Of a DNA stretch of 64,000 nucleotides, positions 32,512 to 43,380 are shown one piece after another. The position numbers and the translations under genes were made by a program. The DNA comes from Williopsis jadinii. Taxonomy: Eukaryota. The stretch lies in NCBI GenBank assembly GCA_024346625.1, contig AP024664.1, forward strand, positions 3,410,001 through 3,474,000. The letters run 5' to 3'. The notes below the pieces were generated by a model. It did not search any database. It saw nothing but the letters and a program-made list of their open reading frames with translations, and had not been told where the DNA came from. Position 1 is the first letter of the stretch. Each line of letters opens with the position of its first letter.

Positions 32512-34251
32512 CTAAGGTGCGGTAGCAAAGTCGTTGATGCTCTTCACGTACTCGTACAAGAAGGCGATCTCGCTCAGATGGTCGTTGAACAGAACGTACT
32601 CGTTGACGGTGTGGATGCCTTCTTTCATCGTGTAGGTTGTCATCTCGAATCTGTAGATATGGTTTGTCAGATTCCAGTAGCGGTTGGTGTCGGTGTTGCC
32701 CATCAACAGGTTTCCAGTCACGATGGAAGGTGCCAGCTGAGGATAGGAGTACTCGTCAACAATGTGCTTGACAGAGCCGGCAAAGATGTCCCAGGTGTTA
32801 TCGTCCATTGGCGAGATTGGTGCCGGCTCCAGCTGACGGTCCCACTCGATCTTGAAGTTGCCGAAAGGTGACGATGGCAAGACCTCCTCATCGCCTAAGA
32901 ACACTCCCAGCTTGTGCTGCTCTGCAACTTCGACGATATTACCCAAGATCTTATCAACAACCTGCTTCACCGTTGTACCGGCGTTGATACGTGTGTTGAT
33001 GACAAACGACACACTTTCCGGAAGTGCATTCGACTTGACACCCCCGTTGATCACGTCAATGGCCTGTGTTGTTCTGACAAAGGTGTCGTAAAGCGGCTTT
33101 CTTGCCATGAATTCCAACACCTTTGAGTTGGCAACGGCATCGTAGGCGGCTTTAAAGATGTTCTTCTTCAACCACAGTGGGATTTGGTCGGTATGTTTGG
33201 CAATGCATTGCAACATGCCCAAGGCTGGAGATTCAACGGTAAGTTCTGATGCAAACGGATTGTTCTCGATAACGGTGATCGCCTGTGAAACAATGCCAAT
33301 GGCGGTATGCTTTGGAGGCACTGATGAATGACCTCCAGGTGCGGTTAAGGTGATGTAAAGCGTTGTGGCACCTTTCTCTCCAACACTTGGAATGGCAAAC
33401 ATCTTACCACCGATATAACTTAGTCCAGTGCCTTCGTCTAGCAGTGCATAGACAGAGTCTTGACCATATCTCTCCTCCAGGAACTTTGCAATATGAGCAG
33501 CACCTCTTGCACCACCAGCTTCCTCGTCGTGTCCAAAAGCTAAGAGCACAGTACGCTTCGTGGTGTATCCCTCTTCCAGCAACTGTTCAACAGATGACAT
33601 GATTGCAATCAGCATGTTTTTATCATCAGCGGCACCACGGCCCCACAGCTTTTCACCGTCGTAATGGCCTTCAAAAGGCGGGTGTTTCCAATCGTCCTTA
33701 GTTTGCTCTGAGATAGGGACAACGTCTTGATGAGCAGTAAGGAGCAACGGCTTCAGGCTTGGGTCTACTCCCTCCCACGTATACACGAGAGAATAGGTGT
33801 TGACAGTCTCAACCTTCAAATGGGAGTGCACCAGAGGGAACGTTTGTTTGAGGTACGCATGGAAGGCATAGAAGATGGTCCAGTCATCTGGATCAGGCGC
33901 ATTCTCATCCACCTCGTCGTACACAATTGTTGGTATTCTGACGGCTCCTCTGAGTCTTGCAGCTTGCTTGATTCTAAACTCCTGGTTCTTCATGATGAGC
34001 TCCACTGTGGAGTTATCCTTAGCAAAGTCCAGCGGTCTCACCACCGCGCTGATTGGACACATCCCTTTACCGAGTTGTTCAATCAACTCCTCCTCCGAGA
34101 TTGAGCTATCTGCCTTATTCAACGCCCCCAATAACGTTGGATTCAGGTAGATAACAGCACCTATAACAATCAACGCAATGGACAGGACAGTGATCAATCT
34201 CTGCTGAGACTCCTTCTTGGAGTCCTTTGTACTCGGCTTCTTCTCGGGCAT
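32512..34251 (-). CDS. CPS1: Gly-Xaa carboxypeptidase (M20A), Cps1-like copy B
   Basis: Lys-rich cytosolic tail plus TM. Motifs TAHQDVVP, GRGAADDK, DEEAGG, GGHSSVPP and IHTVNE. Confidence 0.9.
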   Translation of the reverse strand: MPEKKPSTKDSKKESQQRLITVLSIALIVIGAVIYLNPTLLGALNKADSSISEEELIEQLGKGMCPISAVVRPLDFAKDNSTVELIMKNQEFRIKQAARLRGAVRIPTIVYDEVDENAPDPDDWTIFYAFHAYLKQTFPLVHSHLKVETVNTYSLVYTWEGVDPSLKPLLLTAHQDVVPISEQTKDDWKHPPFEGHYDGEKLWGRGAADDKNMLIAIMSSVEQLLEEGYTTKRTVLLAFGHDEEAGGARGAAHIAKFLEERYGQDSVYALLDEGTGLSYIGGKMFAIPSVGEKGATTLYITLTAPGGHSSVPPKHTAIGIVSQAITVIENNPFASELTVESPALGMLQCIAKHTDQIPLWLKKNIFKAAYDAVANSKVLEFMARKPLYDTFVRTTQAIDVINGGVKSNALPESVSFVINTRINAGTTVKQVVDKILGNIVEVAEQHKLGVFLGDEEVLPSSPFGNFKIEWDRQLEPAPISPMDDNTWDIFAGSVKHIVDEYSYPQLAPSIVTGNLLMGNTDTNRYWNLTNHIYRFEMTTYTMKEGIHTVNEYVLFNDHLSEIAFLYEYVKSINDFATAP

Positions 34252-35379
34252 TGTGTAGTCGCTCTATACTTCACTTGATCTTGAACAACAATCAGGAAAC
34301 AACTTTTCAACCAATTGGTGAAGAACTATCCCTCAAACAGGAAAACAGACAAATCGTTCATTTATGTGGAATAAATTTCACCCCCTACTCGCTGGAAGTG
34401 GACCTTACGTGCAATTCAGGCGCACTTTTCTGGCCTAACGTTGCTGATGAGCGGCGGTGTGTCCCAAAAGACTACGAGCGTCGTAAAGTTCATATCCCGG
34501 CGCCTGTATGCTGTCCTGTCAGTTTCTAGGGTGCATTGGCCAAGTCCGGTCCAATCTTGCTCTGTCACCCGGACTACCATATGCAAGTACTAGGACTTTG
34601 GCTGTTTCCGGTGACAGAGTGACAGAGTGACAGAGCTTGTTGCGCAGGGTGTCGTATATTTAGAACTGTGTATGGTGCTTGGAATCGCTTTAGCTTGATA
34701 TGACGGCAGTGCGAGTTAGCGCAGTACAAGTGAGCGTAGTGCCTGAGAGCACAGTGCCCGAAAGCTGGTTGGGAGGCCCGTATATCCAGTGCTCTCTCGT
34801 AATAAATTAAATCTGCGTAACATCGCAGATCTGTGGATGCAACCTACAGCAATGGTGCATCAACGAGCAGACAGGGAGGTATCCTTATTTTGTAGGGCCT
34901 GGTTGGAAGCTGGAGAGAGTGCTGGTCTCGGTTCGCATGCCGGATAGCGGTATGGTGGAGATTGCGTAATCCATCTCATGATCTGTGGGTCTTATATAGT
35001 ATTCCCTGTAATCAGCCGTTGCTACACCATGTTATCGAGGTTGCAAGCCCTTGTGTTGCAGAATGAAGCCACATATACAAAGATCAGCACTGCGCCAAAG
35101 ATGCTGTGAACAGAAACTAAAGCGCGGCATGACATTCGATTCGAGGGTGCTGGGAGTTAGGGAGTTGGTTGCAGGTCGGTTAGATAGACAAAAAGGTCCA
35201 TTGAAGCTGCTCGACGATCCCAGAATGTCCACAAGCGTATACAATGAGTAATTGAATACACAATTAAGCTCAGACTGTGTGTTGCTGAGACTGTGTGTAG
35301 CTCTACACTTGTGACTATAAAAACATGCTGGTGTCGTAGCCCAGTCACCAGATCTTAGAGATAACAAGCCATAGGAACC

Positions 35380-36957
35380 ATGACCCTGTTCAACAAACCC
35401 CAGTTTTGGCAGAAGGAGCAACATCGAGAGGAGGTCGTCTCTGTAGAGGATATCTCACTCGAAGATGAACAAGATTCCTCAAAAAACCTAGAACAAGTTC
35501 AACTGCCATTCAGCAAATGCTGGGAGCTCTTCTGGCAATGGAAAGGTGCAAGGAAACAACCAAGATCTAAGTTCTTCTTCTGGTATCCTCCAGAGCAATC
35601 CAAAGATGAAAGGTATTTGGTTTTCAAATTGGACATGTCCATCATGATCTACGTGTGTTTGGCCTATTTTACAAGATATCTAGACGCACAGAACATATCA
35701 TCTGCCTACATCTCAGGGATGAAGGAGGACTTAAACATCACTGGTGAACAGTACGTCTGGTTAACACAGCTGTTCTCAGCAGGGTATTGTACTTCAGGTG
35801 CTGTGACGACATTGATCCTAACAAAGGTTCGATTCTCCAGAATGATTCCAATCTTGGAGTTCTTGTGGGGGTTAATGTGTCTGTTGGTCTACAGAGCCGA
35901 GAACTTTAGAACAGTTGCCGGCTTGAGGTTTGTACAAGGTGTCTGTGAAGGTGCAGCATGGCCTGCAATTCACTATGCCCTTGGATCATGGTATACGCCA
36001 AAGGAACTGGGTAAGAGGACAGGAATATACACAGCATCTGGTATTGCTGGTGTTGTTCTCTCTGGATTGATCCAATCAGGGTTGCAAAAGTCTATGGACG
36101 GTAAGAACGGATTGGCTGGCTGGAGATGGCTATTCATCATTGACTCCATCATCACCTTTCCAATCGCAATATTGGGATTCTTTGTATTCCCAGATACCCC
36201 GGAGAATGCCAGACCAAGGTTCTACTTGTCCAAAGAGGACATTCAGTTCTGCAAAGAGAGGGTAAAGATCAACGGTGCTGACAGAAAGAACAACTTGGAC
36301 CTGAGCACTTTCAAGCGTGTCTTCCTCAGCTACCAATGGTACATATTTGTCATTGCCTGGATTCTGTGGTGTTACAGTGGTATCATGTCCGGTTATATGG
36401 GTATTGTTCTCAAAGCACTAGGCTATAACATCTACGACAGAAACAATATCCCTACCGGTATCTCAGGTGTGGGAATCGTATCGGGAATCCTCACGGGCTT
36501 TATAGTTGATCTCACTGGGAAGAGAATCTACGTGATCACGCTTTGTTTGGTCTTTTGGATTACGGGACTGTCCATTATCAAGGCCTATGACGTTCCAAGG
36601 GGTGTTTTTATTATGGGGTACATGTTCTGTGGTGTATCATCTGCTGTATCCCCTATCATCGTCGGCTGGTGCAATGAGCTGTGTCGTGAGGATAACCAGA
36701 AGAGGGCAGCAACAATTGGTAGCTTGAACTTGTTTGGTGGACTGCTAAGTATACCTTTTAGCGTTAAGCTGTTCAACGCTGATTTCGCTCCAAAGTTTAC
36801 AAAGGGCTCCCTGGCATGTCTGATAACCTCGGTTCTCTTACTGTTCCACCTGTTCATCATCTTGTTCTTCGACCGCTACCAACAACGGAAGAGAGAGTAC
36901 ATCTCTGAGAGTTACAACGATGAGAAAAGTGACGTTATAAGCACCAAAGCGGCGTAA
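35380..36957 (+). CDS. MFS allantoate-permease (Dal5) family transporter, Seo1/Fen2/Vht1-like
   Basis: Motifs KLD..YF.RYLD..NI..AY.SGMKEDL, LGSWYTPKELGKR and GLAGWRWLFIID; about 12 TM segments. Confidence 0.85.
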   Translation: MTLFNKPQFWQKEQHREEVVSVEDISLEDEQDSSKNLEQVQLPFSKCWELFWQWKGARKQPRSKFFFWYPPEQSKDERYLVFKLDMSIMIYVCLAYFTRYLDAQNISSAYISGMKEDLNITGEQYVWLTQLFSAGYCTSGAVTTLILTKVRFSRMIPILEFLWGLMCLLVYRAENFRTVAGLRFVQGVCEGAAWPAIHYALGSWYTPKELGKRTGIYTASGIAGVVLSGLIQSGLQKSMDGKNGLAGWRWLFIIDSIITFPIAILGFFVFPDTPENARPRFYLSKEDIQFCKERVKINGADRKNNLDLSTFKRVFLSYQWYIFVIAWILWCYSGIMSGYMGIVLKALGYNIYDRNNIPTGISGVGIVSGILTGFIVDLTGKRIYVITLCLVFWITGLSIIKAYDVPRGVFIMGYMFCGVSSAVSPIIVGWCNELCREDNQKRAATIGSLNLFGGLLSIPFSVKLFNADFAPKFTKGSLACLITSVLLLFHLFIILFFDRYQQRKREYISESYNDEKSDVISTKAA

Positions 36958-37287
36958 ATAATGACACTAATACATTCAATTCACTTTAATATGGTCAGAT
37001 TGCTATTCTTGTTGTATCGTACCTCCATTCGTTAGAACTTGCCGCTGTGGTTCTGGATTAGCCGCTGGTGTTTCTTCTTCAGGCTGAGGACGTCGTCGGA
37101 TGGCCCCAACAAGAGTCTTCCGAATCTTTGTTGGACACCCTCTGGGATTTCTGCCTTTAATGTTCAATCTTTTTGTTCTTTGCCATTCTTCTGTGATGTT
37201 TTTAATTCTGTGTATAAAGCTGTACTGGTTTTGTGTCATTTTGTGTTGATAAGAATTCAAAATGTAAACAATGCAGCGGAAATTGAA

Positions 37288-37660
37288 AACATCCTTACAT
37301 TTTTACGACTGCTAGGCAACGACGAGCTAGAATTATATACAAGAACACATATGGTGTGGACCATTTTGGAAACCCCACTGATCTAATCAAGTTAAAAGTC
37401 AGTGTATATGACAATATAGATCAGTTCTACGGTGTGACAGTTCCAGTTTTCCCAAATTTTGTTTCGTTGCTGAGATATAAGCAAATCTATGGGTTTTCCT
37501 TAATTATACCATACAATCCATGAATGGTCATATCTCAGACAGTATTGAAGGTAACATGCTCATACTTTGTATATCTCTTAACTAGAGTAAGAGCTATGTT
37601 GTGGTATAATTTGGGGAAATTTGAAGGGGAATTGCTATTTTTATTAGTATCATTCTAATA
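37288..37660. repeat. Dispersed degenerate repeat, copy A (homologous to 59017-59536)
   Basis: Shared anchors TGAGATATAAGCAAAT (37471/59208) and ATTTTTATTAGTATCATTCTA (37637/59516), with collinear similarity between them. Confidence 0.75.
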
Positions 37661-37787
37661 ATGGTCGGATGAGGAACATGCAAGGCAGTGCAATAGTGCG
37701 CAGTAACAAACCCCCTTTCTGGGAAAGTTTCAGAGCTCCCGAAGGCTTACACCCATTCCATGGATGAGTGGCCATGGTTACGTACGA

Positions 37788-39304
37788 ATGAGATACCATC
37801 TGTTTGTGCTGGTTCATGGGTATGTCACACCTTCTTTGGTGTCTTTGTTGACAGCGTACTAACCATTTAACACAGACTTTGGGGTAACAAATCCCATTTT
37901 GACTATATTGGGCAAGAGCTTGAGAAGCACCGCAGTCAATGCGACCAGGAGATTGTGATCTACAAGGCCGAGAACAATGAGGGTTATAGAACATTGGACG
38001 GTATTGATGTGTGTGGTCTTCGCATCGTCAGGGAGATTCACGGCAAGATTGCAGCTTTGAAGGAGACCGGTGACGTTGTAAAGATCTCCATTGTTGGCTA
38101 TTCACTTGGTGGGTTGATATCGAGATATGTCATTGGTATTCTCTACCACCAAGGGCTGTTCAAGGAGATTGAGCCTGTGAATTTCACCACGTTTTGCACG
38201 CCTCATGTTGGTGCTATGGCACCAGGTTCGAACATCTCTGTGAGGGCCTTCAACTGGCTGGTTCCAAACCTGTTATCCCTCTCAGGTCGACAAATGTTCT
38301 TGAAGGACAACACCGGTAAGGAAGGTCCGCTGTTAGAGCTCATGGCTAATAAGAACTCGGTTTTCTACAGGGCATTACAACAGTTCAAGACTAGGATCTT
38401 ATACGCCAACGCCATTAATGATAAGCGTACTGCATGGTGGACCTCTGGCATATCAATCGTTGACCCCTTCATCAACATTGATGAGAGCTCATCGCTGAGC
38501 GATTTGGACTATAAGTACGTTGAATCGTTTGCTCCAGTCGTTCTAGATGCGCATGCTGATTTCAAGATCTCCAATAGACCGGTATCGTCTCAAACTGTTC
38601 CCGAGCAACCTTCAAACTATTGGAGTAGAAAATACAGGTGGCTTGTAGTGGCATTGAATTTGACCTTTGTGATGCCATTGTGGGTACTGTGGTTTATCAT
38701 CTCTGGTGTTATGGAGTCATTGAAGTCGTCTGTTCGTATTAGGCGTGTTATGAGGGAGAACAATGCCTACTTCATGGACTTAACCAACCTGCTGGAGCCT
38801 GACACGGATGAGGCCACCAATGACGGCTCTGACATCGAGAGCATTGCGGATAAACTGGACCACGACATGGAGGATGCCATTCACGACCGTGTTGATACTC
38901 TGATTGAGTCCGTTTGGGATGCAATGACCTCCAAGGATGAGGAGCAAACTGCACAGCTCTCCAAGTTTCACATCATGCAATCTACAGAGCCATATTCGTC
39001 CTCTACAACATCCAAGAATGAGCAGAACTACGTCTCCGTGTCGATTAGTGATCTCTCGTATTTCAGCAAGGATTCTCCAATGGCACGCAACCAGATCGTG
39101 AAGCTATATACGCTGGAACTGAGCCCTTCGCAGGTGGAAATCGTGAAAAACCTCAACGCTCTCGATTGGAACAAATTCCCCATTTTGATTCGTCACACAA
39201 CGTCAACTCATTCAGCTGCCATTGTGCGTAACATCAACGACCCTCAATTGCGCGAGGGTAAAGTCGTCGTTAAGCACTGGCTCGAGAACGCCGTTCAACT
39301 GTAA
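37788..39304 (+). CDS. LPL1: DUF676 lipase / lipid-droplet phospholipase Lpl1-like; exons 37788-37819 and 37876-39304
   Basis: Intron GTATGT..TACTAAC..CAG yields MRYHLFVLVHGLWGNKSHF. Nucleophile elbow GYSLGG; also TPHVG and YANAINDKRT. Alternative in-frame ATG at 37764. Confidence 0.85.
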
Positions 39305-39507
39305 GCTGGCCCCCATTCCTCCCCTGTGTTTTCTTCTTTATAAATCTTTATACTTATAAACGATGTGAAGTGTTGAAGCCCGTCGCTATACCTGTGTGTC
39401 CCGTACCATAAAAATCCTTCGACCGCTGGTGAAAAATCGCCGACTCTGTTGAACTCGTTGAAGACGCTGAAAGGAGGAAGCTGAAAGCAGGAGAACAACG
39501 CTCAAGC

Positions 39508-40482
39508 ATGTCAGAATTTGGAAAGCTTTTCAAGTCGAGCCGTTTCGCCTCGTTGGCTAAACCGTTGTCCAAGTCTCGTGGTGCGCTTTTCCCAACTCAT
39601 CAAGTTGTTGAGACGAGAGACGCTGCCTTGTCAAGACAGGAATGGGGTCTTAAGTATGCCTTACCTCAGAAGTTGAAGTCCCGTTATATCGTCTTGAACG
39701 ACTTCGACAGTCTCGAGCGTATTGTGGACTTCGAGGCCGGTGGAGGCGACCACTACAGAAGGCTGAGATTCCAAGAGCTCGGCATCGTACCAGAGAGAGA
39801 CACCAAGGACTCCCAGTTCACGTCAAAGCCAAACCCTCTGTTCCAAGATTCGAACGTCTCAGCCTCTAAGAAGATTGAGACCGTGCTGGAGGTGAGACCG
39901 GACTGTAAGAAGAAGAAGCTGGACTCGGTCATCATCGAACTGGAAGAGTTGAGACCTGAATTCAAAGAATACGTGTTGAAGAACCATCCAAAGGAGCTCA
40001 AGGAGAAGGGACTCACTGGAGATAGATTCCAAGACGTGGCTGCTGCGTTCCTGAAAGAGCACAGACTGAAGACGGACACCAACAAGATTGCAAGTTTGAA
40101 GAGAAAGGATGATTTCAAGTTTGCAGGAACCGGTGGGCTGAGTTATGCCTTGAAAGGACGTCTTAGAACGACGCCTAACGGTGTTGTTCACCGTGAAGCT
40201 GCGCCAGCTAGATACGTTGGCTCAAGATTTGCCCTTGGTGGATTCGTCGCTGAGGGCTCCTTCAAGAACGCAGCCATCGACAGAACCACCGTCTTGGCTG
40301 TGAGTCCTACCCGTGCAACCATCAAGGCTAACGGTGCCGTTTCCATTGACGTTGCACCTCTTACAAGTACTGGCAGGGACATCATATCAAAGACCACCAG
40401 TGGTCGTAGAGTCCTTGGTAAATCCGCAAAGAAGGATAACGACAGTCAGACAATGGCTGCACTCAATAACATCTTCCGTTGA
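39508..40482 (+). CDS. MRP51: Mitochondrial small ribosomal subunit protein bS1m
   Basis: Motifs LFKSSRFA, PTHQVVET..LSRQEWGLKYALP and GTGGLSYALKGRL.TPNG. Confidence 0.85.
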   Translation: MSEFGKLFKSSRFASLAKPLSKSRGALFPTHQVVETRDAALSRQEWGLKYALPQKLKSRYIVLNDFDSLERIVDFEAGGGDHYRRLRFQELGIVPERDTKDSQFTSKPNPLFQDSNVSASKKIETVLEVRPDCKKKKLDSVIIELEELRPEFKEYVLKNHPKELKEKGLTGDRFQDVAAAFLKEHRLKTDTNKIASLKRKDDFKFAGTGGLSYALKGRLRTTPNGVVHREAAPARYVGSRFALGGFVAEGSFKNAAIDRTTVLAVSPTRATIKANGAVSIDVAPLTSTGRDIISKTTSGRRVLGKSAKKDNDSQTMAALNNIFR

Positions 40483-40577
40483 TGGAGTCAGCTGTGCATG
40501 TACATATACAATTAAAAGAGAAAGAATATACATAGTTCTTATTTATCGAATAAATAGAGAGACAGAAAGACTGCTAT

Positions 40578-41258
40578 CTAGAACAAAACACCCTTTGTTG
40601 AGGGAACATCATTGGTGCCGTTACTGGAGATGGATTCCTTAATGGCGATGGCCAGGGCCTTGAATGCGGATTCAGCTCTGTGATGGTCGTTGAAGCCTCT
40701 CAAACAGTCAACATGCATCGTGATATGAGCTGCTTGGGCAAAACTCTCCAAGAAGTGAGGAATCATCTCACATGACAAGTCACCGATCTTTTCCCTCTTG
40801 AGTCCCAGCTCAACAACGGCAAACGGACGGTTACTCAGATCAACAACGGCTCTGCTCAGAGCCTCGTCCAATGGAGCAAACCCGCTACCAAATCTCTTGA
40901 CACCTCTTATATGGCCCAAGGCCTCCTTGAAGGCGCCTCCCAGCGCAATACCAACGTCCTCGGTGGTGTGGTGGTCGTCAATGTGCAAATCACCAATACA
41001 CTCCACAATCAAACTCCACCCACCATGCTTCGCAAGAGCATGGATCATGTGGTCCAGGAATCCAACGCCCGTGTTGATTGAAATCACCTGAGAAGAGGTG
41101 ACTTGAGTAGCATCGTCGTACTTCTTATCCTTGAAGATTGACTCCGGAACCGTTACGTATCCACCATCCAAACTCAAGGAAATCTGGATCTTCGTTTCGT
41201 TTGTTGTACGATTCACAAGAGCTCTTCTCTGGGGTTTCACCCCGTTCGTTTCAGCCAT
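40578..41258 (-). CDS. HIS3: Imidazoleglycerol-phosphate dehydratase
   Basis: ATG at 41258. Motifs [30 protein letters not shown] and VPSTKGVL. Confidence 0.98.
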   Translation of the reverse strand: MAETNGVKPQRRALVNRTTNETKIQISLSLDGGYVTVPESIFKDKKYDDATQVTSSQVISINTGVGFLDHMIHALAKHGGWSLIVECIGDLHIDDHHTTEDVGIALGGAFKEALGHIRGVKRFGSGFAPLDEALSRAVVDLSNRPFAVVELGLKREKIGDLSCEMIPHFLESFAQAAHITMHVDCLRGFNDHHRAESAFKALAIAIKESISSNGTNDVPSTKGVLF

Positions 41259-41314
41259 TTCTCTATCCTTCTTCTCAATACTCAATGAGAATATAAGTCT
41301 TAAATACGATGGTG

Positions 41315-41413
41315 ATGACTCTTCGCTTCCGATGGCCACGCACCCCGGAAGTGGCGCATTCCGAGGGATATTCCGAGAGCGATGAGTCGTGTGCGGTCCG
41401 GATGTTTTTTTTT
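41315..41413. promoter_or_regulatory. HIS3/MRM1 divergent promoter with Gcn4-like sites and a T tract
   Basis: ATGACTCT at 41315-41322, ATGAGTC at 41382-41388 and T9 at 41405-41413. Confidence 0.6.
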
Positions 41414-41508
41414 GGCGCACTGTTGTTCTTCGACTCTTTTTAGCACACAAGATGGTTAATACTCGTTGAATTTGTATCGTTTGCCTGTGCGATTGGGAGG
41501 TTCATACG

Positions 41509-42705
41509 ATGCTAAAGAGACAGTTCACCACGAGTGCTTCTCTGTTGAAGAATGTCCGTCCTGCTGTGAAGGTTTCAGAGAAGAAGGGTCCACAGTCAGT
41601 GGGGAAAAACCTACCGTTTAAGAAATCTGAAAAGGCGTGGGATAAAGCAGGTGAGTCCAAAGATGAGTACTTCAGAAAGAGATTTGCCCATATCCATGCG
41701 AAGCAGAAGTCCAACGACACTGTCCAAAGAAGAGAACGATTCCAAGAACAGAGAGATGACAAAAGGAGGGAAGCCAGGGATCATTTGAAGACCGAGAGAC
41801 TTAACCATAAGAACAAATTCTACAAAGATGTGTATCAAAGCTTGAAGCCGAACCCGTTATCTGAGTATGTCTATGGAAGATCTCCTGTGTTAGCAGTTCT
41901 TCAGCAACGGAAGAGGTCGTTTTTGAATAAATTGTTTGTGGAGAGGGCACCGTCCAAGGATAGCGAGATTGTTCAAATCGCTAAGAACTTGGGAGTCGAT
42001 ATTGTCGTTGCAAAGAGTAAACACGAGTTGAACCTGTTATCAAATAACGGTGTACATAACGGTTATGTGTTGGAGACTAAGCCATTGCTACCAACTCAGG
42101 TTTTCGAACTTGGCCAAGTCCAAGGAAAGAGCTACGCCATTGAAGAAGACGATTTCGGCTCCAAATCTATTCAAACGCATGAGACTTCAAATAAGAACCC
42201 ATTTGGCCTATACCTCGATGGTATCACCGATCCTCATAACGTTGGTGCCATAATCAGATCTGCATACTTTCTAGGTGTGGATTTTATAGTGATGTCTGAT
42301 AAGAACAGTGCCCCACTCTCACCAGTTGCTTGTAAAACTTCAGTGGGTGCTACGGAGTTCATTCCTATATACTCGGTTACGAAACCATTACAATTCTTCG
42401 ATAAGAGCAGAAGCAATGGGTGGACTTTTGTCTCTGCAGCCACTGCTGAGCATAAAACTGATGAGAAGATATTCTCAACGTTACAGTCTAAGACCGTGCC
42501 GTTCAACGCTATTCATTCATTGCTTGAAGAAGGTCCGTGTATTCTCGTCTTAGGATCCGAAGGTGAAGGTATTAGAACCACTCTCAAGTTGAGAAGTGAT
42601 TTCCTTGTGGCTATCGAGAGTGCACCCGGGGTGGACTTACTTATTGACAGTCTAAACGTCAGTGTTGCTGGTGCACTGATAATTAACAAGATGTTGAATA
42701 ACTGA
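41509..42705 (+). CDS. MRM1: Mitochondrial 21S rRNA Gm methyltransferase (Pet56), SPOUT family
   Basis: Motifs EYVYGRSPVLA, LDGITDPHNVGAIIRSAYFLG, GSEGEG and DSLNVSVA. Divergent from HIS3. Confidence 0.93.
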   Translation: MLKRQFTTSASLLKNVRPAVKVSEKKGPQSVGKNLPFKKSEKAWDKAGESKDEYFRKRFAHIHAKQKSNDTVQRRERFQEQRDDKRREARDHLKTERLNHKNKFYKDVYQSLKPNPLSEYVYGRSPVLAVLQQRKRSFLNKLFVERAPSKDSEIVQIAKNLGVDIVVAKSKHELNLLSNNGVHNGYVLETKPLLPTQVFELGQVQGKSYAIEEDDFGSKSIQTHETSNKNPFGLYLDGITDPHNVGAIIRSAYFLGVDFIVMSDKNSAPLSPVACKTSVGATEFIPIYSVTKPLQFFDKSRSNGWTFVSAATAEHKTDEKIFSTLQSKTVPFNAIHSLLEEGPCILVLGSEGEGIRTTLKLRSDFLVAIESAPGVDLLIDSLNVSVAGALIINKMLNN

Positions 42706-43080
42706 GGAAAACGGAGACTGTTGAATATTTCATTCATATGAACAAATAATGTGTTTTATACCTGTATATAGCTACTAATATGAATGATATCGTGATATAA
42801 ACCACGACTAATTTCCATCTCATTACGCGTAGTGGCATGATTGTCCTATATAGCTTTGGCAATTTCTACCAAGCATGAATGCACTGATTCAATTCACAAT
42901 TTTATACGGGTTATTACACATGAGAGCTAAACTCTATAAACCTGGCCATTATGACCTAACTGTTTTGTAATATTACCTACAAGCGGATAACCTTTATGCG
43001 TAATCAAAGATGTGCGATTTTTCAGTTGTCCCAGATTGGCATTATACACAATTGGGCGCCCAGTGCAAAGTAATTCACCA

Positions 43081-43380
43081 AATAGCCATATATAATATTG
43101 AATCAACGAGTATAAAAACATATCACCAGAAGTAATTATATAATAAGTAATGAATTCAATATTTTATGGGAATTGAGTCGCTTTTGTTGATACTCTGAAA
43201 ATAATAATATTAACTTCCTTTTTACCTCATAAAATTTAATAACTTTTGCATAAAATCAAATTCTCCTAATTTAAATTAAAAATGAGTCTATAACAATTCA
43301 ATAATGTAAATCAAAGCATTCTAGCTATAAAATGCCAATCAATCTAAGGGATATTTGATGATAACTATGTATTTTATTTA
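43081..43380. other. Very AT-rich non-coding core in a 1.1-kb gap between convergent genes
   Basis: Hand count gives 67 G+C in 300 nt (about 22%). No credible ORF. Confidence 0.7.

Noticed and set aside
37788..37819. Alternative yeast (CUG-Ser) genetic code
   Set aside because: CTG occurs at conserved Leu positions (H-L-F-V-L-V-H-G), consistent with the standard code.
41259..41450. 64-aa N-terminal extension of HIS3 in the ORF track, and similar extensions on UCH, FAA2, CPS1, SHE10 and UGA4
   Set aside because: They start at non-ATG codons and run through promoter sequence; the downstream ATGs match family N-termini.
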